This document shows, one piece after another, positions 60,901 to 64,000 of a stretch of DNA of 64,000 nt. Both the position numbers and the translations under genes were made by a program. Location: positions 124,001 through 188,000 of IMG/VR virus record IMGVR_UViG_3300026484_000087. One strand, given 5' to 3'. The notes under the pieces were generated by a model. It was not told the DNA's origin. It worked only from the letters and a program-made list of their open reading frames with translations, and ran no database searches. Numbering within the stretch: the first letter of the stretch is position 1; each line of letters starts with the position of its first letter.

Positions 60901-61179
60901 AGTAGTCTTATATTTATCAAGGAGTTCTTTAGTTAGTTTTTGAACAGAACCATCTTCAATGATAGTTATATTTATTCGATGGTCTAATTTATGATATTCT
61001 CCAGATATGTTCATAAAGTATTTCCAGGTAGTACGATCCTCTGGTTCATCTCCTAGAATACTTGTGCCGTATATTTTAACAAGTTCATTGTTAATTTGTA
61101 TTGCTGTATCTATACTGAGAATGATTAAACTTTTAATCAATCTTACAGTATCTTCAATATATTTTGTAGTTGTAATCAT
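54922..61179 (-). CDS. virion structural protein (phiKZ gp128-like) with long repetitive C-terminus
   Basis: TWKYFMNISGEYH, AHSFHI and WLYKNLRYI..NIGK motifs; divergent from the portal gene. Confidence 0.75.
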   Translation of the reverse strand: MITTTKYIEDTVRLIKSLIILSIDTAIQINNELVKIYGTSILGDEPEDRTTWKYFMNISGEYHKLDHRINITIIEDGSVQKLTKELLDKYKTTRNELKKFDTYYNDLVAEYPEDELLIKGIIYGLDINDVINCTNGELVAHSPYLVEEQETNLIHRLNEFSKNYFLRWHIRDYGIIDDLYIPSLLATLYTKMVLKTLNIRQDYIFTSEAHSFHIYEFFRSNYGIDVDVKVLSKETRFWLYKNLRYIKNNIGKNKTLDILIEKILTENGIGVAEVELLNGLPDEDLLNLTDITKPIYDKKENRFISKRRNDYYLIDDNDDTSGKALLLRQFSKAFVDNDMVIKDTNFYDNTLEYKLDKNKFNKQKTKTFKIKVNRSYVVENKIELKMVLDNFIQMAFRDIYKTSITFIDNNTGFTYDLDAKQAAFLILKLLAVISGNVNPKIPSYTANKLLNSVITVDALNYNMINPTITYDIAKKLIELRPDRLTYLDRDIFNQYLKDLNSFNSVIWNIATNSNDMLINNSIKTMYKRLHMKETIIFNQGDSTIDELMANQFVDFYFTDVYDYKETLNKVLYAFTGFYFDKDDVNEMVDKYIKIVKNLSSSTIQFMNSTNSLDVMSTRYNTNMSISTPGIIDIHEGTFRALEDFYGYMAARDAPYGCFLKSDIELMIPRGYTRINPPKLMLYEPEERLALTNVLHVKNEMPDVVFSNKSYLTMFRPYIGTKINDMKDIIQLASSETSKVGRVVKRYIQTAMEWYSKELDYSNTPTITTTAGPLSFRLFSPIVNSKSDNIIQTIGSNSFNLSYGNFINDVTKFKLYDISSNVEVNGKPEMVMSTNRRLLDWYKPTVKSMSDKTMNKSDSLTIDRGQTGYIKQDSINITMETPLGIFNYSMPNITYSIGGIPDMFRPSLDSGKNDEDYYKTIDNVFNASMIPYGKQKAKVKLLMSDGIHSITGETSINLIRNIESSLNMYSPKIGSFIDKNNKESTEYFKDTYIKGIAKDHTLKTRIENYDSEMYQETSTLIANVPLKGIDFFKPTFTTDTLNITLDLKFISNKFNSNVNIKRGETKLIVSGETGLNTDNAMPTLVMNTSKRLLKWFSPIVSGNINDIVDVIDKTENEFIHGSSRTDDNIITMHVDKTDIIVEQTTMISRSKKASITMYSPILLSNGGFDRTFIDGINTVNKLSGTVLNTPVKMDMQLHHDLENSTLPVLSFVSEFGTVNMYSPNISMDKKEREVLNSEIEYRVSMYGNLGKGVTDVKLYEDFSTIPNVLGHVNKDVLNWFSPIVSGITNDEVSSINYSASKTVVMGKTNNHRNMVSMSVISKELWSSEISTFKVSTNNSIINMFNPIVALNTSVEDTTLAFVSNFTKGFGRVQINTTKLRMYTDDILENNKPTAIIDTGMRVLDYFKPNVSNIYNPLAEDLVPMKNNYGYNGSLNNDHNVLTMFNETMDIESSNKPNVYGSVRKADTKLYKPRSEVFSINESYRIVAGSFDTSKGRYINNHMEVLLEDIDNRPNDGSKPVLRGSRNYKTIDMFSPKVDGITYGIDEVVRNPYSENYVPMGSVTGKNEMMFYNTSNVIDGDIEPNVYFNTTKNIIEMYHPKFRVNSNEQVDGLDTTINTSTVSGTSRSDANKITMDINSKDIWVDVAPIGKFNTNLSTLTLFKPDFKTGSVDEKDILDSIPKGINYKGNVLQDINKIIMYGENGEISEYEVGSLIGNNDVALNLFKPLVTDVISNRADDIDGIITETIVGSKRVKTTNGILLNMSPVIAGDLNPVLYGSVNSDLDDMFSPTSTAKGYKLNETYTLTTDTFTGTYNRKFVKALLYSKDLNTNNDAELIGDMSSNVDMFKPKINKSVEIVFKDTEYVVDNTIKGSKTKKDVTGIGRVEENNLAKTIVPELVGSIDNELDNMFVPVMPKTETLELEDTEVINVNDLTGLAISSELNTIIYSNEDGVDSTPALIATDGKVDVGMFKPKLSRTKDIETNKTSNINTDVVIGEINVSTTRTIMYDMDRDKSSKPNVIGDNRTPVDMYSPKLKGSLDKTKDTISINNEIDINGLVNINELKTIVYEDETVDKPNVVTKDTTEIK
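54925..59200 (-). repeat. about 22 degenerate ~62-aa protein repeats
   Basis: Periodic [M/W/L/F/Y][F/Y]xP motif, e.g. MFRP, WYKP, WFSP, MYSP, LFKP. Confidence 0.75.
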
Positions 61180-61230
61180 TGTTTTTCCTCAATATGTAAA
61201 CTGAAATAAAATAAGTAAAAGGACTTTATT

Positions 61231-63882
61231 ATGTCAAAGAAAACAGAAGCTAAGATTCCATCTGTCATTAACGAAAATAAAAATCTGGCAGCAGTAGTTA
61301 GTAAGCTAAATACTGACGATAGAACTAGTGCTCCTAAGCAATTAAAGACTGCTAATCTACCAGACATATCTGAATCTATAAAAGATAAAATAACAAACAA
61401 TGAAACCATAGTTAGATTATTTCCAGATATAGAGCTTAGCATACAGATAATGGTGTCGTCTATCTTATCACCTAATGATATGTCTAGTACCAGCATCATC
61501 TATGGAATAGATGGTTTAGAGTTACCAACAGACGTTAAGGTAGGGTTATTAGAGAACATTAAATCTTATGTATCAAATAACTACAAGCTGGAAGATAAAT
61601 TGTCAACTATTATAAGAGAAGCCTTATTTACTAAAGGGGCATACATAGAAACAATTATACCCGAATCATCTGTTGATGCTATGATAAATGGTAATGGTGA
61701 AGTAACAAGTTTAGAAACATTTGTTAATGATAATTTAAGGACTTCTAAACTAAAGATACTTGGTGATAATGAAAAAAGCGTAACTACATTTTCTTTAGAA
61801 GATATGGATTTAAGCTTATCTAAAGATAAAACTGTAAAATCACCGATATCCGTAGAAATATCGGATGAAGATTTAGGTATTGATATAACTGATAATTATT
61901 CTATATTGGCAGCAACTAGTCAAATGTCTAAAATAGTAAGTAACAAGATAAGTACTGAAATGTATAAAGAAGATACGGTTACTGATGATGATGATGACTT
62001 CTTTAATAACTTATTTAAGCCAACTACAGTTAATAATAAAAGTGGTTCAGTTACAGTTCTTACTGAAGATGAAACTAATAGAGAAAGCATTGGTATGCCT
62101 TTAACTATGAAATTACCAGTAGAATCAACCATACCCGTTTATGTTAGTGGTGATGTTACTAATCATTTGGGTTACTTTGTATTGTTAGATGATAAAGGGG
62201 TTCCTATTACTAATAGTTCTGACTTTACTGTATCTAACGATGACTTTAAAAATAACTCTAATATAAAAGCCAAGTCTATTATAGATAAAGCATCTACTGC
62301 GATCAATGGTTATTCTAAAGCCGTTCCTAAAGTTGAGAATATAGAGGAGATCTATAGTTATGTAGTTAATCAAAAACTAAAGAATAAACTTAAAAACGGC
62401 TTACTAGGTGATTTAGCAGATTTTAGTAAAGACAATAGTGAAATATATAGAACTATGCTTAGTAGAGTTTTATCTAAACAAAAAACCAAAATACTATTTG
62501 TTCCAAAAGAACTGGTTGCATTTTATGCTTTTAAATTTAGAGATAATGGTACTGGTGAATCTTTATTAGAAACCATATCAGTATTGTCTAGTATTAGAGC
62601 TATTCTCTTATTCTCTAGAATAATGGCAAATATTAAGAATTCAATAACTACAACTGAAGTATCTGCTACATTAGATGAAAATGATTTGGATCCATCTAAA
62701 ACCATGGATAAAATAGTATCTGAAGTTATGCGTAGTAGAAGCACACAAATGCCTATTGGTGTTACTAGAGTAGAAGATCTTGTTGACTGGACCAAGAAAG
62801 TAGGTTATAAATTTAATTTTAAACATGATAGTTTACCAGATATGGAAATAAACACTAGTGAAGAAAATACGAGTAAGGTAATTCCTGATTCAGATCTAGA
62901 TGAAGAAATAAGAAAACAAATACTTATGTCTTTTTCTTTGCCACCAAAAGCAGTTGAAGATGGTTACGACAGTGATTTTGCAACTACTATTGTACAGAAC
63001 AATGTTTTATTTACCAAACGTGTTATGGTGCATCAAGACATACTAGCACCTTTAGTTGCTAACCATATTAAGATTATTCTTAAAAATGATATGGTTATTT
63101 TTAATGAAATTAAAGATACTATTAGTAAAAACATAACTGCTATTATTAGAGAACTTAAAAAAGAAAAAAATGATCTTGTGTCTAGTAAAGATATAGATAA
63201 AGACAAACTTACTATATGGCTTACAAATGCATATATAGATAAAATAACAATAAGTTTTCCTAGAATAGAAGAACATGAAACTGATAATATGAAAGAATCT
63301 TTTGATAATTATAAAGATAGCCTTGATGATTATATAGAAACATTCTTTAGTACAGATGCTTTACCAGACGAGTTAGCTGGTCAATTAGTAGATAAAATGG
63401 ATGACTTTAAGTTGGCTATACAAAATAGTTTACTTAGAAAATGGATGAGTGATAATAATTACTTACCAGAACTACTAAATGCTACTACTGTTGATAAAGA
63501 TGGGAAACCTATTTATGATGTTCTTGGCGAATACGAGACTTATCTTAAAACTCTTAGTGAGATTATTGTTCCATTTATGAAACAAAATAATAGTGACGTA
63601 GAAAAAATAGATGCTAAAGTTGATAAAGCAGAAGGAAACGATGAAGAAGAGGAAGAAGATATGGATAACGATGAAACATCTACTGATGATACAGGAAACA
63701 CTGATGTAGATAATGATGACAACACTGAAGGCGGTGATGATACAGAAGAAGCAGATGATGCTGAAACCAATGATGGTGATCCAACAGATGATCTTGAGCC
63801 AAATAGTGGAGACACTGATGGTGATGATGATAACAATGAAACAGATGATGGTACTGAACCACCTGAACCAAGTTTTGATTAA
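61231..63882 (+). CDS. portal protein (phiKZ gp129-like) with acidic tail
   Basis: LFPDIEL..QI.VSSILSP.D, IIPES, GYFVLLD..G.P and D.FATT motifs; D/E-rich last ~80 aa. Confidence 0.8.
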   Translation: MSKKTEAKIPSVINENKNLAAVVSKLNTDDRTSAPKQLKTANLPDISESIKDKITNNETIVRLFPDIELSIQIMVSSILSPNDMSSTSIIYGIDGLELPTDVKVGLLENIKSYVSNNYKLEDKLSTIIREALFTKGAYIETIIPESSVDAMINGNGEVTSLETFVNDNLRTSKLKILGDNEKSVTTFSLEDMDLSLSKDKTVKSPISVEISDEDLGIDITDNYSILAATSQMSKIVSNKISTEMYKEDTVTDDDDDFFNNLFKPTTVNNKSGSVTVLTEDETNRESIGMPLTMKLPVESTIPVYVSGDVTNHLGYFVLLDDKGVPITNSSDFTVSNDDFKNNSNIKAKSIIDKASTAINGYSKAVPKVENIEEIYSYVVNQKLKNKLKNGLLGDLADFSKDNSEIYRTMLSRVLSKQKTKILFVPKELVAFYAFKFRDNGTGESLLETISVLSSIRAILLFSRIMANIKNSITTTEVSATLDENDLDPSKTMDKIVSEVMRSRSTQMPIGVTRVEDLVDWTKKVGYKFNFKHDSLPDMEINTSEENTSKVIPDSDLDEEIRKQILMSFSLPPKAVEDGYDSDFATTIVQNNVLFTKRVMVHQDILAPLVANHIKIILKNDMVIFNEIKDTISKNITAIIRELKKEKNDLVSSKDIDKDKLTIWLTNAYIDKITISFPRIEEHETDNMKESFDNYKDSLDDYIETFFSTDALPDELAGQLVDKMDDFKLAIQNSLLRKWMSDNNYLPELLNATTVDKDGKPIYDVLGEYETYLKTLSEIIVPFMKQNNSDVEKIDAKVDKAEGNDEEEEEDMDNDETSTDDTGNTDVDNDDNTEGGDDTEEADDAETNDGDPTDDLEPNSGDTDGDDDNNETDDGTEPPEPSFD

Positions 63883-63897
63883 AAGAAAAAAGTACAG

Positions 63898-63930
63898 TAT
63901 ATACTATATAGCATAACGCTATATAGTATA
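63898..63930. terminator. hairpin after the portal gene
   Basis: TATACTATATAGC-ATAAC-GCTATATAGTATA. Confidence 0.6.
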
Positions 63931-64000
63931 TGTATTTAAATTTGCTCTATAGTATAGCTGTTAGTTAATTTAGATTTAATTAATCTAAATATATCACCTT

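Noticed and set aside
63630-63880. GAT/GAA-rich repetitive tract
   Set aside because: Explained by the acidic low-complexity tail of the portal protein
1-64000. CRISPR arrays, tRNA or rRNA genes, IS elements, reverse transcriptase
   Set aside because: I saw no spaced direct-repeat arrays, cloverleafs, transposase or RT motifs by eye; a tRNAscan/CRISPR scan would be needed to exclude them formally

Overview
A very AT-rich 64-kb segment of a phiKZ-like jumbo phage. The host is probably Gram-negative, because an i-/o-spanin pair is present. Recognisable core genes: prohead protease, three virion RNA polymerase subunits, a giant gp181-like tail protein with a T4-type lysozyme domain, RuvC, spanins, two spike-like paralogues, SbcC, RNase H, UvsX/RecA, a gp128-like virion protein and the portal. 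Minus-strand clusters of small accessory genes lie between them. Main observations: (1) a 666-nt group I intron (14743-15408) splits the DFDGD catalytic motif of the RNAP beta'-like gene; exon 2 is missing from the ORF track, and the P1 loop holds a probable homing-endonuclease relic. (2) A NUMOD4/HNH endonuclease is fused in frame to a putative head protein that keeps its own RBS and S-x-E sites. (3) An HExxH protease-like domain sits inside the tail protein. (4) Two candidate structured ncRNAs occur. (5) A recurrent promoter motif is often followed by a conserved 5' hairpin. (6) Several accessory genes look like shrunken paralogues of core genes. (7) The gp128-like protein has about 22 repeats of about 62 aa. 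phiKZ gene numbers come from remembered motifs and synteny, not from database searches.
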